A stretch of 56,370 nucleotides of DNA. It comes from Candidatus Omnitrophota bacterium (GTDB lineage Bacteria > Omnitrophota > Gorgyraeia > 2-01-FULL-45-10). This document shows, piece after piece, positions 9,631 through 17,721 of this stretch. A program made the position numbers and the translations under genes. Numbering within the stretch: position 1 is the first letter of the stretch; each line of letters starts with the position of its first letter. The DNA is taken from positions 1-56,370 of the forward strand of contig JAQUSB010000009.1 of the NCBI GenBank assembly GCA_028715345.1, given 5' to 3'. The notes under the pieces were generated by a model. That model was not told the DNA's origin, made no database searches, and saw nothing but the letters and a program-made list of their open reading frames with translations.

Positions 9631-9867
9631 TTATAACCCCAGGACTTCTTTGATCTTCTCTTTATCGAACCCGACTATTATCTGGCCGTCGATCTCAATG
9701 ACAGGGACGCCCATCTGGCCGGACTTCTTTATCATTTCCTGGGCTTTTTCGTGATTCTCGGAAACATCTATATCCTGGAACTGGATATTGTTATCCTTTA
9801 AATATTGCTTCGCCCTGATGCAGAAAGGGCATGTAGTCGTGCTATAGATCACAACGCTCTTAGCCAT
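9631..9867 (-). CDS. Glutaredoxin-like small redoxin (CPFC active site)
   Basis: 78 aa with the YSTTTCPFCIRAKQYL and GVPVIEIDG pattern of the Grx/NrdH fold. Its stop directly abuts the trxB start. Confidence 0.8.
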   Translation of the reverse strand: MAKSVVIYSTTTCPFCIRAKQYLKDNNIQFQDIDVSENHEKAQEMIKKSGQMGVPVIEIDGQIIVGFDKEKIKEVLGL

Positions 9868-9878
9868 AGAACCCCCTT

Positions 9879-10523
9879 TTATAAAATGATCTTCTTAAGC
9901 TCTATAAGGTCATCTATTATAAAATCCGGTCTAAGCGGCTCGACCTCTTCTGGTTTGCCGAGCCCATGCCTTATCCAGCAGGTCTTTATGCCGGAGTTAT
10001 TGCCTGTCATTATGTCTATCGCCATATCGCCGACTATGATGGACTTCGACTTTTCTATCTTAAATTTAGCAATGACCGGATCGAGAACGCACGCGGAAGG
10101 CTTTATACAACCTTCGTCATCACCGCCGACTATGTCGTCAAAATATTCTCTTATGCCGAGCGATCTTAAGACGGCATCCGCGAATTTCGAATACCTGTTG
10201 GTCAGGATGAATTTTTTTTTGTTTTTGAAGTAGTCGAGCACTTCCCCGGCATGCGGATAAAGTTTCGCGCTATCCGCCGGGTGTTTCATATAATATCCGC
10301 TGTACAGATCGACGCCCTTTTCTATAAGGGCGCTGTCATCTATGCCGATACTTTTAGCGACGAGGTCGCTTACGCCGGTGCCCACATACGAGACGATCTC
10401 GTCGAAAGACTTTTGCGCCAGGCCCAGCTGGGCAAGAGCATAATTCATCGCGTTAACGATATCGCTTCTGGCGTCGATCAAAGTGCCGTCGATATCGAAA
10501 AATATCGAATCTACGTTAAGCAC
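9879..10523 (-). CDS. HAD-superfamily hydrolase (phosphoglycolate phosphatase-like, subfamily IA)
   Basis: The DIDGTLID motif I, TNR motif II and GDMAIDIMTG motif IV. Confidence 0.7.
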   Translation of the reverse strand: MLNVDSIFFDIDGTLIDARSDIVNAMNYALAQLGLAQKSFDEIVSYVGTGVSDLVAKSIGIDDSALIEKGVDLYSGYYMKHPADSAKLYPHAGEVLDYFKNKKKFILTNRYSKFADAVLRSLGIREYFDDIVGGDDEGCIKPSACVLDPVIAKFKIEKSKSIIVGDMAIDIMTGNNSGIKTCWIRHGLGKPEEVEPLRPDFIIDDLIELKKIIL

Positions 10524-10527
10524 GGCG

Positions 10528-10923
10528 CTATTTTATCTCTATCTTGGCAGAACTCTGCCATAAGCCGTGTATATTGCAGTAAGACGACGCCATTATGGTG
10601 CCGGGCTTATCGGTCTTCATCGCGACAGCCGCTTCCGAATGAGTAAATACTGTGCTCGTGTCGGCCCCGAGCGTCGATTCCCCGTGCGATGAAAATTCTA
10701 TCCTGCCTATCTGGTAAGGGAACTTCTCGCCGTCCGGCTGGAAAAATACCGTTATCCACCTGATATGGTGGGCGGTGGTATTGGGGTGCGGTATCTCTTT
10801 CCCTACAGAAACGGATATCTTGAAGAACTCGCCCTTCTTCGCGCTTTGAGGCGCGTCTATTACAGGTACATGCTTCTCTTGTTTCCAATCCGCGGACTGG
10901 AACAGGTCTTTGATCTCTGCCAT
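10528..10923 (-). CDS. Superoxide reductase (1Fe-SOR / neelaredoxin class)
   Basis: EKHVPVI, HPNTTAHHIRWI and CNIHGLW iron-ligand motifs. 131 aa with no N-terminal desulforedoxin domain. Confidence 0.85.
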   Translation of the reverse strand: MAEIKDLFQSADWKQEKHVPVIDAPQSAKKGEFFKISVSVGKEIPHPNTTAHHIRWITVFFQPDGEKFPYQIGRIEFSSHGESTLGADTSTVFTHSEAAVAMKTDKPGTIMASSYCNIHGLWQSSAKIEIK

Positions 10924-10939
10924 AAGTCACCTCGCTAAA

Positions 10940-10967
10940 ATAGGGGCAGAAGTAGCCCTGCCCCTAT
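10940..10967 (-). terminator. Rho-independent terminator-like hairpin between the ferritin-like gene and SOR
   Basis: The minus strand reads ATAGGGGCAG-GGCTACTT-CTGCCCCTAT followed by TTTTAG. The SOR Shine-Dalgarno (GAGGTG) follows immediately. Confidence 0.55.
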
Positions 10968-10986
10968 TAATAGTTTGCGCTACAGG

Positions 10987-11469
10987 TTATTTCTTCTCGA
11001 TAAGATTTTCGAACATCTCTTCGTGCCCTATCTCCTCGCCCATGATGTGGCATGCGAGCTGATAAGTGTCGTGATCTTTGCCGAACGTCTTCTTGGCCAG
11101 CTTATTGTAAACATCGATAGCGCCTGCTTCGGCTTCGGTCACTATCTTTATTATCTCCTTGTAATCGGACAGGTTCTTCATCACCCCGGGATACGGCGCG
11201 TTCCCGCCTTTTTCCACCTCTCCGAGAGTATTTATCGGCATGCCGCCCAGCTCGATTATGCGCTCCGCGAGTTCCGTCGCGTGCTCGAGTTCGTCTTTAG
11301 CGATCTTACCGAGAAATTCCGACATGTCCTCGTAACCCATTCCCTCAACGGCGACCGACATATAATGCCACGCGTAAAATGCGAGCCATTCGTCGCAATA
11401 TGCCTTGTTAAGGTCTTTGATCAGATCTTTCAGGTCTATTTCTACTATCTCCCTTGACTTCTTTCCCAT
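10987..11469 (-). CDS. Ferritin-like diiron protein (Dps-like/bacterioferritin-type)
   Basis: Four-helix-bundle pattern with two ExxH motifs (DELEHATE, GEEIGHEE). 160 aa. Confidence 0.65.
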   Translation of the reverse strand: MGKKSREIVEIDLKDLIKDLNKAYCDEWLAFYAWHYMSVAVEGMGYEDMSEFLGKIAKDELEHATELAERIIELGGMPINTLGEVEKGGNAPYPGVMKNLSDYKEIIKIVTEAEAGAIDVYNKLAKKTFGKDHDTYQLACHIMGEEIGHEEMFENLIEKK

Positions 11470-11496
11470 GATACCCCCCTTTTTTTATTTTGTTAC

Positions 11497-11505
11497 ATTA
11501 TACCA
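11497..11505 (-). promoter_or_regulatory. Extended -10 promoter element (TGGTATAAT) upstream of the ferritin-like gene
   Basis: The minus strand reads TGGTATAAT about 27 nt upstream of the ATG at 11469. A G-rich Shine-Dalgarno (GGGGGG) lies between them. Confidence 0.4.
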
Positions 11506-11507
11506 TT

Positions 11508-12695
11508 TTATACTACTTTACCGGCAAAATCTTTCCCGAACTGGTAACAAGCCTTCAGATCGTTCTCATCCGGAACAGATTTACAAGATATCGACGGTAT
11601 TGCGGCGCCGATGCCGCCTTCGACCAGCACTTTTTCCATCTCCGCTACCGCGCCGCCCGCCCAGCCGAACGAGCCGAACACGCCGGCAACTCTGTTCTTC
11701 GCCTTGAGCCCTTTTAAAAACTCCAAAAATCCCGCTATCGTCGGGAGCATATCGTTATCGTGCGTAGACGAGCCGATGAGAAAACCCTTAGCGTCGAGCA
11801 TATCGGTAACGACTTCCGTCCTGTCGGTCGCCGCTATATCGCAGATCTTCACGTCAACACCGGCATCGCTTATGCCTTCTGCTATCTTCCTGGCCATCTT
11901 CTCCGTTGACCCCCACATAGTTTCGTAGACCATGACCACTTTGGGCGCGATCGTGTTCTTTGCCCATCCTGCATATGCATTTACGATCTTCATCGGGTCC
12001 TTGCGCCAGATTATGCCGTGGCTCGGGGCTATCATATTTATAGGCAGGCTCATCTTCTGGAGCTCTTCGAGCTTCCGCGCTATCATCGAGCTGAGCGGCC
12101 AGAGGATGTTCGCGTAATATTTCTTCGCCTCTTCCATGAGTTCGCACTGGTCGACTTCGTCGTCGAAACGCGCGCTCGTCGCGTAGTGCTGGCCAAACGC
12201 GTCGTTCGGCATAAGGAGCTCTTCCTCCCTGCAATAAGTGAACATGCTGTCAGGCCAATGTATCATCGGCGCTTCTATAAAGGTAAGTGTCTTTTTGCCG
12301 AGCTTCAGCGTATCGCCGGTCTTCACTACCTGGAAATCCCAGTTCTCGTAATAATTCCTGTATAAACCTTCTTTGCATTTCTGTGTGCCGTAAACTTTTG
12401 CTTTCGGGCAAAGTTTCATAAGGGCCGGCATCGCTCCGGAGTGGTCGGTCTCGACGTGATTTGCGATAACGTAATCGATCTTTTCGGGCGGTACTATCTC
12501 GCGGATACGTTCTACGAGTTCGTTCGCGAACGGCCCATATACGGTATCGATAAGCGCTATCTTCTCATCGACTATGAGATACGCGTTGTAAGTAGTGCCC
12601 CGTTTTGTCGTATAAGTGTGTCCGTGGAAACTTCTCATATTCCAATCGATCACGCCGACCCAGTATATCCCTTTTTTAATTTCAAGCGGCTTCAT
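11508..12695 (-). CDS. fprA: Flavodiiron protein (rubredoxin:oxygen/NO oxidoreductase, FprA/ROO type)
   Basis: Metallo-beta-lactamase-like diiron motif HVETDHSG followed by a flavodoxin-like C-terminal domain (KVVMVYETMWGSTEKMA). 395 aa. Confidence 0.9.
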   Translation of the reverse strand: MKPLEIKKGIYWVGVIDWNMRSFHGHTYTTKRGTTYNAYLIVDEKIALIDTVYGPFANELVERIREIVPPEKIDYVIANHVETDHSGAMPALMKLCPKAKVYGTQKCKEGLYRNYYENWDFQVVKTGDTLKLGKKTLTFIEAPMIHWPDSMFTYCREEELLMPNDAFGQHYATSARFDDEVDQCELMEEAKKYYANILWPLSSMIARKLEELQKMSLPINMIAPSHGIIWRKDPMKIVNAYAGWAKNTIAPKVVMVYETMWGSTEKMARKIAEGISDAGVDVKICDIAATDRTEVVTDMLDAKGFLIGSSTHDNDMLPTIAGFLEFLKGLKAKNRVAGVFGSFGWAGGAVAEMEKVLVEGGIGAAIPSISCKSVPDENDLKACYQFGKDFAGKVV

Positions 12696-13207
12696 TATTT
12701 TTCTCCTTTTATGAAAGTAGGCGCGGAGCGCGGTGTAGTGCCTTTTTTGACGACATGATAATAGTCATATGTCATGGGCTTGCCCGTACCCAACATTTCC
12801 GATCCTGTCATTTTGCCTAAAAATATGGTATGCGTTCCGCAGTCGAGCTTGCCAGCAACTTCCGCCTCGATATAGCAGATGGAATTATCCAAAACGACCG
12901 GACATCCCGACGGTAATTTTTTGAAATTAACGTCTTTGAACTTTTCTTCTTTCCTGCCGGTCTTGAAGCCGAATTTGCCTATAAAGACAAACGGCGTCTC
13001 TTCGTTAAGAACGGATATCGTGAAACGGCAGCTGCAATCTATATATTCATGCGTCAGGTTATTCTTATTTATACTGATAGCGATCGTAACCGGCTCGCTC
13101 GTTATCTGGAATACCGAATTGGCGATCTGGCCGTTCAGCGCATCGCCCTTATGGGAAGATACTATATACATCCCGTAACTTAAATTATGCAGGACATTAG
13201 GATCCAC
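12695..13207 (-). CDS. Flavin reductase-like FMN-binding protein (flavoredoxin / Hrb N-domain type)
   Basis: 170 aa. The pattern YGMYIVSS...GQIANSVFQITSEPVTIAISI resembles the flavin-reductase-like domain. Overlaps the FDP start by 1 nt. Confidence 0.6.
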   Translation of the reverse strand: MDPNVLHNLSYGMYIVSSHKGDALNGQIANSVFQITSEPVTIAISINKNNLTHEYIDCSCRFTISVLNEETPFVFIGKFGFKTGRKEEKFKDVNFKKLPSGCPVVLDNSICYIEAEVAGKLDCGTHTIFLGKMTGSEMLGTGKPMTYDYYHVVKKGTTPRSAPTFIKGEK

Positions 13208-13988
13208 GTTTAAATCCTTCTTCGAAAGTCGGCGCGTCTTTTTTATAAAATACGCCGAGCGCTATCGGGGCGTCTTTATTGTAGTCCCATTCACGGATCT
13301 TCTTTTCGGCCTGATCGTGATCGCCCGGGTTATGGTCCTTAAGCTCGTAAACACGCTTATCGTAATATTCGTACATATTATAATAGGTAACGCAAACCTG
13401 CAGGACGTCGACGAGCGCAAAACCTTTATGAAGTATCGCTTCTTTGAATATCTTCTTCAATAATTCCAGGCCATGCGATGTCCCGCGCGCCAAAAATGTC
13501 GCCCCGCTCGCGAGCATCAGATCGAGAGGATTTATAGGCGCCTCCCGCGTTCCCGACGGCGTAGAGCGCCCTTTGAACCCAAGAGGAGATGTCGGGGTGT
13601 ATTGCCCCGTCGTCAGGCCGTATACGCGGTTATTGTGAATGATCGCGGTCATATTGACATTTCGCTTCGCGGCAAAGATCAGGTGTTCCAGCCCTTCGCC
13701 GTACGCGTCGCCGTCCCCGGCGTGGCCTATGACGGTAAGTTCGGGCTTCGCGAGCTTTATCCCTGTGGCCGGCGGGAAGACGCGGCCATGCAGAGAGTAG
13801 AAACTGTTGACATTTATATAATCGGCTATCTTCGCGTGGCACCCGATGCCGGAAACTATCACAACATTCTCTATAGGCAGCCCCTCTTCTGCCAATGAGC
13901 TCAAGGCGGCCTTCATTGCCGTAAGTATGGCAAAATTACCGCAGCCGGGGCACCACGTATTTACCGCTGTCGTGTTCAGATCTATCAT
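13197..13988 (-). CDS. 2-oxoacid:ferredoxin oxidoreductase, beta (TPP-binding) subunit
   Basis: WCPGCGNF near the N-terminus and the GDGD..G TPP motif (GHAGDGDAYGEG). Substrate specificity cannot be determined. Confidence 0.85.
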   Translation of the reverse strand: MIDLNTTAVNTWCPGCGNFAILTAMKAALSSLAEEGLPIENVVIVSGIGCHAKIADYINVNSFYSLHGRVFPPATGIKLAKPELTVIGHAGDGDAYGEGLEHLIFAAKRNVNMTAIIHNNRVYGLTTGQYTPTSPLGFKGRSTPSGTREAPINPLDLMLASGATFLARGTSHGLELLKKIFKEAILHKGFALVDVLQVCVTYYNMYEYYDKRVYELKDHNPGDHDQAEKKIREWDYNKDAPIALGVFYKKDAPTFEEGFKRGS

Positions 13989-15658
13989 ACGCCCGCCTCC
14001 CGAAGCCGCGCTTCCAATTCGTCCAGCGCAAAAGGCCGGCCGTCGTATTTCAATACAGTTTCATCTACCCCAAGGCCGTATAAATTAATAAGCTTCACGA
14101 GCTGTGCCTCGGCGTTCGATTCTACGGCTATAAGTTTTTTGACGCCCTTTATCGCCGCCTCCAATTGCATAGCGGGGAACGGCGACATATAGAGCGGCTG
14201 AACGACTTTCAGGTTCAATTTTTCCGCAGCTTCGACGCAAACCCCCTTATTCGATCCCCAGCACAAAATGGCGGTTTCGGAATTTTTATTCCCGTATATT
14301 TTAACCGTTTCGTAACCGGCGAGTTCTTCGGCAAGGTATTTTTCTTTTCGCAGGCGCTTATCCTGCATCTTTTTGGTTAAAATCGGGCTCTCTGTCGTCA
14401 AGCCCGATTCGTCGTGCTCGTAGCTGTTTATTTTGATCACGTTACCCTTTTGCGGGACAAAAGCGAGCGGTGACACGCCGGTCTCGGTATCAAGGTATCT
14501 CTTATAAGGCGACCTGCCGTCCCACGCATGTATTTCCGCGCGGCGGACTTCAGGGAGCGATCCTTCATCGAAACTGTAAGTGCCTTCGCCGAGATCTTTG
14601 TCGGTGAGGATGATCGCCGGCACCTGGTATTTCCACGCAAGGTCGAGAGCGATCTGCGATAGCTGATGCGCCTCTTCGGCGTCGCCCGGAGCAACGACCA
14701 GCCGGGCGAACTCTCCCTGCCCGGCATTGAGAGCAAAGTGCAGTTCCGTCTGGCAGCTGTAAGTGGGAAGCCCCGTCGAAGGCCCGGGCCTCTGCCCCAG
14801 CACTATGACCACGGGCAGCTCGGCCATTGCCGAAAAACTCAGGCCCTCCGTCATCAGGCAGAAGCCTCCGCCCGACGTGCCCACCGCGACCCGGTCCCCG
14901 CAATAACTTGCGCCCAGAGCCATCAGTATCACCGATATCTCGCTCTCGGGGTGGACGACTTTCAGCGAAAACCGATCCGCTACGGCGGCCATGTAATGCA
15001 GTATCGGCGAAGTCGGCGTCATAGGATAAGAGATGTAGGTTTTCAGGCCCCCTTTTATCAGCCCCCGGCTCGTCGCTTCATTTCCCGTCACAAGCGGCAA
15101 TACCTTTTGGTTTAAAGGCGCTACCGTATATGATTCCTGCGCGCTGTCATAGCCGCGCCGCGCGATCTTCAGATTTATGTCGATATATTTTTTAAAATCA
15201 TCCCGGAATTCTTTGTCGAGGATATCCCATGGGACCCTCTCGGCTTTACACAGGGCGCCGACGAGGCATGAATTACGCATTATCTCCGGCGCATTCTCTT
15301 CTTTTATTATTGTCCCGGCGGGTATGCCGATGCTTTTAACGGCAGGCGGTAAATTATCTGCTTTCACCGAATCCGAATCGTAAATCACGACCGAATTTCC
15401 GGTTAACTTGTCCTTATGCAGGTCCAATGTTTCCTGATTGAGCGCGAGCAGGGCTTCTGTCTTATTCTTATGGCAGGCGACCTTTCGTTCAGATGCGCGT
15501 ATTATGGAAAACGTGTGTCCGCCGCGGATGATCGAAGGGTAATCGCGGTAAATATATATACGATACCCCATCCGCCCCAGGATATTAGCAATAAGAAGGC
15601 CGGATCGGTCTATCCCGAATCCGGCCTTACCGCCTATAAGAATAGACAGCTCGTTCAT
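13985..15658 (-). CDS. 2-oxoacid:ferredoxin oxidoreductase, fused gamma-alpha subunit
   Basis: N-terminal gamma-like segment (ILIGGKAGFGIDRSGLLIANILG) followed by the alpha core (GNEATSRGLIKGG, YPMTPTS). 557 aa. ATGA overlap with the beta gene. Confidence 0.8.
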   Translation of the reverse strand: MNELSILIGGKAGFGIDRSGLLIANILGRMGYRIYIYRDYPSIIRGGHTFSIIRASERKVACHKNKTEALLALNQETLDLHKDKLTGNSVVIYDSDSVKADNLPPAVKSIGIPAGTIIKEENAPEIMRNSCLVGALCKAERVPWDILDKEFRDDFKKYIDINLKIARRGYDSAQESYTVAPLNQKVLPLVTGNEATSRGLIKGGLKTYISYPMTPTSPILHYMAAVADRFSLKVVHPESEISVILMALGASYCGDRVAVGTSGGGFCLMTEGLSFSAMAELPVVIVLGQRPGPSTGLPTYSCQTELHFALNAGQGEFARLVVAPGDAEEAHQLSQIALDLAWKYQVPAIILTDKDLGEGTYSFDEGSLPEVRRAEIHAWDGRSPYKRYLDTETGVSPLAFVPQKGNVIKINSYEHDESGLTTESPILTKKMQDKRLRKEKYLAEELAGYETVKIYGNKNSETAILCWGSNKGVCVEAAEKLNLKVVQPLYMSPFPAMQLEAAIKGVKKLIAVESNAEAQLVKLINLYGLGVDETVLKYDGRPFALDELEARLREAGV

Positions 15659-15661
15659 ATA

Positions 15662-15850
15662 TTATTTGGTTACGACTATAGCCGTAACCGGGCAGTCATC
15701 GCATGCCTTCTGGCATGTCTCTTCGGCTTCTTTCGGAACCGACGCGCCCTTCACCACGGCTTTGTCGTCTTTCATTTCAAAGACTTCAGGGCAGGTGCTT
15801 ACGCAAAGCCCGCAGCCTATGCATATATCGGGATCGACTTTTGCCTTCAA
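15662..15850 (-). CDS. Small ferredoxin, single [4Fe-4S]/[3Fe-4S] type
   Basis: CIGCGLCVSTCP plus a distal CP (DDCPVTAI). TTG start preceded by AAGGAGG 7 nt upstream. Confidence 0.8.
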   Translation of the reverse strand: MKAKVDPDICIGCGLCVSTCPEVFEMKDDKAVVKGASVPKEAEETCQKACDDCPVTAIVVTK

Positions 15851-15865
15851 TTTCTACCTCCTTAG

Positions 15866-16024
15866 TTATATTTTTTCGAATTCGCTTTTAGGCGCGCCGC
15901 ACTCCGGGCACACCCAATCGGCAGGAACCTTATCGAAACTTGTCCCCGCCGGCACTCCATTGTCCGGGTCACCTTTCGCCGGATCATAAATGTAACCGCA
16001 AACCAGGCACTTGTATTTATCCAT
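15866..16024 (-). CDS. rub: Rubredoxin (52 aa; below the ORF-track size cut-off)
   Basis: My own translation: [52 protein letters not shown]. It has the CxxCG and CPxCG iron-binding knuckles and a Shine-Dalgarno AAGGAAAGGA upstream. Confidence 0.9.
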   Translation of the reverse strand: MDKYKCLVCGYIYDPAKGDPDNGVPAGTSFDKVPADWVCPECGAPKSEFEKI

Positions 16025-16063
16025 ATGGTTTCCTTTCCTTAGGCTACGGGTATTTTAACCCGA

Positions 16064-16915
16064 TTATTGGAGTTCGTCAATTATCTTCGCTATTATAAAA
16101 TCGTTCTCGCTAAGGCCTCCGGCCGCATGGGTCGTGAGGGTGATCTTAACCTTGCCCCAGGACAAGACTACCGTCGGATGATGGCCCTGCGCTTCGGCAA
16201 TAACAGATACCGTGTCGACGAAATATTTCGCTTCCGCGAAATCCTTGAATTTAAATTCTTTTATTATTTTTTTGTCCTCGACAAGCTGCCAGCCGCGATA
16301 CTGGGCCAGAAGTTTATCCACCAGCTCTTTTGCCATCGGCGGCGTGCCTGCCTCGCACGGCTTGCATTTAGAAGGCAGCTCCTCTTTTTTGGCTGCAGGA
16401 GCCGGCCCCTTAAGGATACTCTCGAGATTTTTCAGCGCATCATCGTAATCGGGCGGGGCCGTCAATTCTTCCGCCACCCTGAAATATCTTAAAATATCGT
16501 TCTTATCTATGATCAAAACGCCCCGTGCCAGGAGATTGAGCTCTTTTACGAGGAGGCCGTAATTTATGCCGAAAGATGAATCTTTATAATTGGAAAGGAC
16601 CCGGATGCTCTTTATCTCGTTCTCGAGGCAGAACCTTTTCTGGGCAAACGGCAGGTCTTTACTGAGCCCCAGGATAACGACGTCCGAAGAAAGCGTGGAC
16701 GCGCGCTTATTGAATTCTTTGACCTGCAGGTCGCAAACCGGCGTATCGAGAGAAAGAAAAAACGTTACTACCTTTATTTTACCTTTGAGATCGGAAAGCG
16801 CTACATCTTTCATATCGGGATCGACCACTTTGAAATCAGGCGCCGGGACGCCGACTTTTAGCATTCTACCGACCAGCGTCATAGGACTGCCTTTAAATGT
16901 CACTTTCTTCGGCAT
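16064..16915 (-). CDS. tpx: Fusion protein: thiol peroxidase (Tpx, atypical 2-Cys peroxiredoxin) plus pterin-4a-carbinolamine dehydratase (PCD/DCoH) domain
   Basis: The N-terminal 165 aa or so carry SLDTPVCDLQ (peroxidatic Cys) and KRFC (resolving Cys). The C-terminal 100 aa or so carry CKPCEAGTPPM...W..., GHHPTVVLSWGKVKITLTTH and LSENDF, matching the PhhB/PCD signature. Confidence 0.8.
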   Translation of the reverse strand: MPKKVTFKGSPMTLVGRMLKVGVPAPDFKVVDPDMKDVALSDLKGKIKVVTFFLSLDTPVCDLQVKEFNKRASTLSSDVVILGLSKDLPFAQKRFCLENEIKSIRVLSNYKDSSFGINYGLLVKELNLLARGVLIIDKNDILRYFRVAEELTAPPDYDDALKNLESILKGPAPAAKKEELPSKCKPCEAGTPPMAKELVDKLLAQYRGWQLVEDKKIIKEFKFKDFAEAKYFVDTVSVIAEAQGHHPTVVLSWGKVKITLTTHAAGGLSENDFIIAKIIDELQ

Positions 16916-16944
16916 TCTTCACCTCTTTCGATTGTCCGCAGCCG

Positions 16945-17574
16945 TTAAAATGAATCCGCCGCGCGTCTGGCTTCCTCTTTCGCCTTCGTTATAGCCTTTT
17001 CTGCTGTATCTTTACCTGTGTCCATAGGCTGTGCGTTCACAAAAGTAATATCGGTTATCCCGCACATGCCGAATATCGCGCGCAAATACGGCATCTGAAA
17101 ATCATAGCTTGCGGAAGGGCTGCCGGGAGAATAATCGCCTCCGCGGCTCGTGACAACGATCATCTTCTTATTTTTTGCCAGCCCTTCTACCGCGCCCGTA
17201 GAAGTATATCTGAATAAATATTTAGGCTGGACGATTATGTCGATGTAATGTTTCAATTTATACGGTATGCCGAAATTCCACATAGGCGTGCTGACAAGAT
17301 AGGCATCTGCCGACAAGAATTGTTTTATATATATTTCTACATTATTCCACGCGGCCTTTAATTCCCCGGCGAGATCACCGCCGCCCAGGAGCACGTATTT
17401 GCCGGAAACTATCTTTACCGTGAGAGGCTGGAGCTTCTCCTCGAATAATTTAAGTTCTTCTATGTTACAGGCAGGATATCTTTTCCTGAAATTGTCCAGA
17501 AAAACGCGGCTTACTTTAAGAGTTCTCGAATCTTCGCCTCTTGGTGACGCTATTATATGTAATAGTTTCTTCAT
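16945..17574 (-). CDS. azoR: FMN-dependent NADH-azoreductase / flavodoxin-like quinone reductase
   Basis: N-terminus MKKLLHIIASPRGEDSRT and STPMWNFGIPYKLKHYID, both typical of AzoR. 209 aa. Confidence 0.7.
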   Translation of the reverse strand: MKKLLHIIASPRGEDSRTLKVSRVFLDNFRKRYPACNIEELKLFEEKLQPLTVKIVSGKYVLLGGGDLAGELKAAWNNVEIYIKQFLSADAYLVSTPMWNFGIPYKLKHYIDIIVQPKYLFRYTSTGAVEGLAKNKKMIVVTSRGGDYSPGSPSASYDFQMPYLRAIFGMCGITDITFVNAQPMDTGKDTAEKAITKAKEEARRAADSF

Positions 17575-17591
17575 GGCGTACCCTCTTTTTT

Positions 17592-17600
17592 AGTATAGCA
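17592..17600 (-). promoter_or_regulatory. Extended -10 element (TGCTATACT) upstream of azoR
   Basis: The minus strand reads TGCTATACT about 18 nt upstream of the GAGGG Shine-Dalgarno and the ATG at 17574. Confidence 0.35.
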
Positions 17601-17721
17601 CATAATCTAAAAGGTTGGGCAGTTTTGAGCCATGCCCAGGGCTAAATACTGCATCCTTCTTTGCAGTGCGCAATAGGGCGCAGCATATACCTGATTATGC
17701 CTCTCATTTTAGATCACCCCC

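Noticed and set aside
10607-10930. 107-aa alternative-frame ORF overlapping the superoxide reductase gene
   Set aside because: The SOR frame carries all the iron-ligand motifs, while the alternative frame is Arg-rich with no motifs.
17601-17721. Three small consecutive hairpins between hcp and azoR, considered as a possible riboswitch or ncRNA
   Set aside because: The stems are only 5-6 bp with no recognisable conserved riboswitch core. They are more simply explained as a weak terminator or spacer structure ahead of the azoR promoter.
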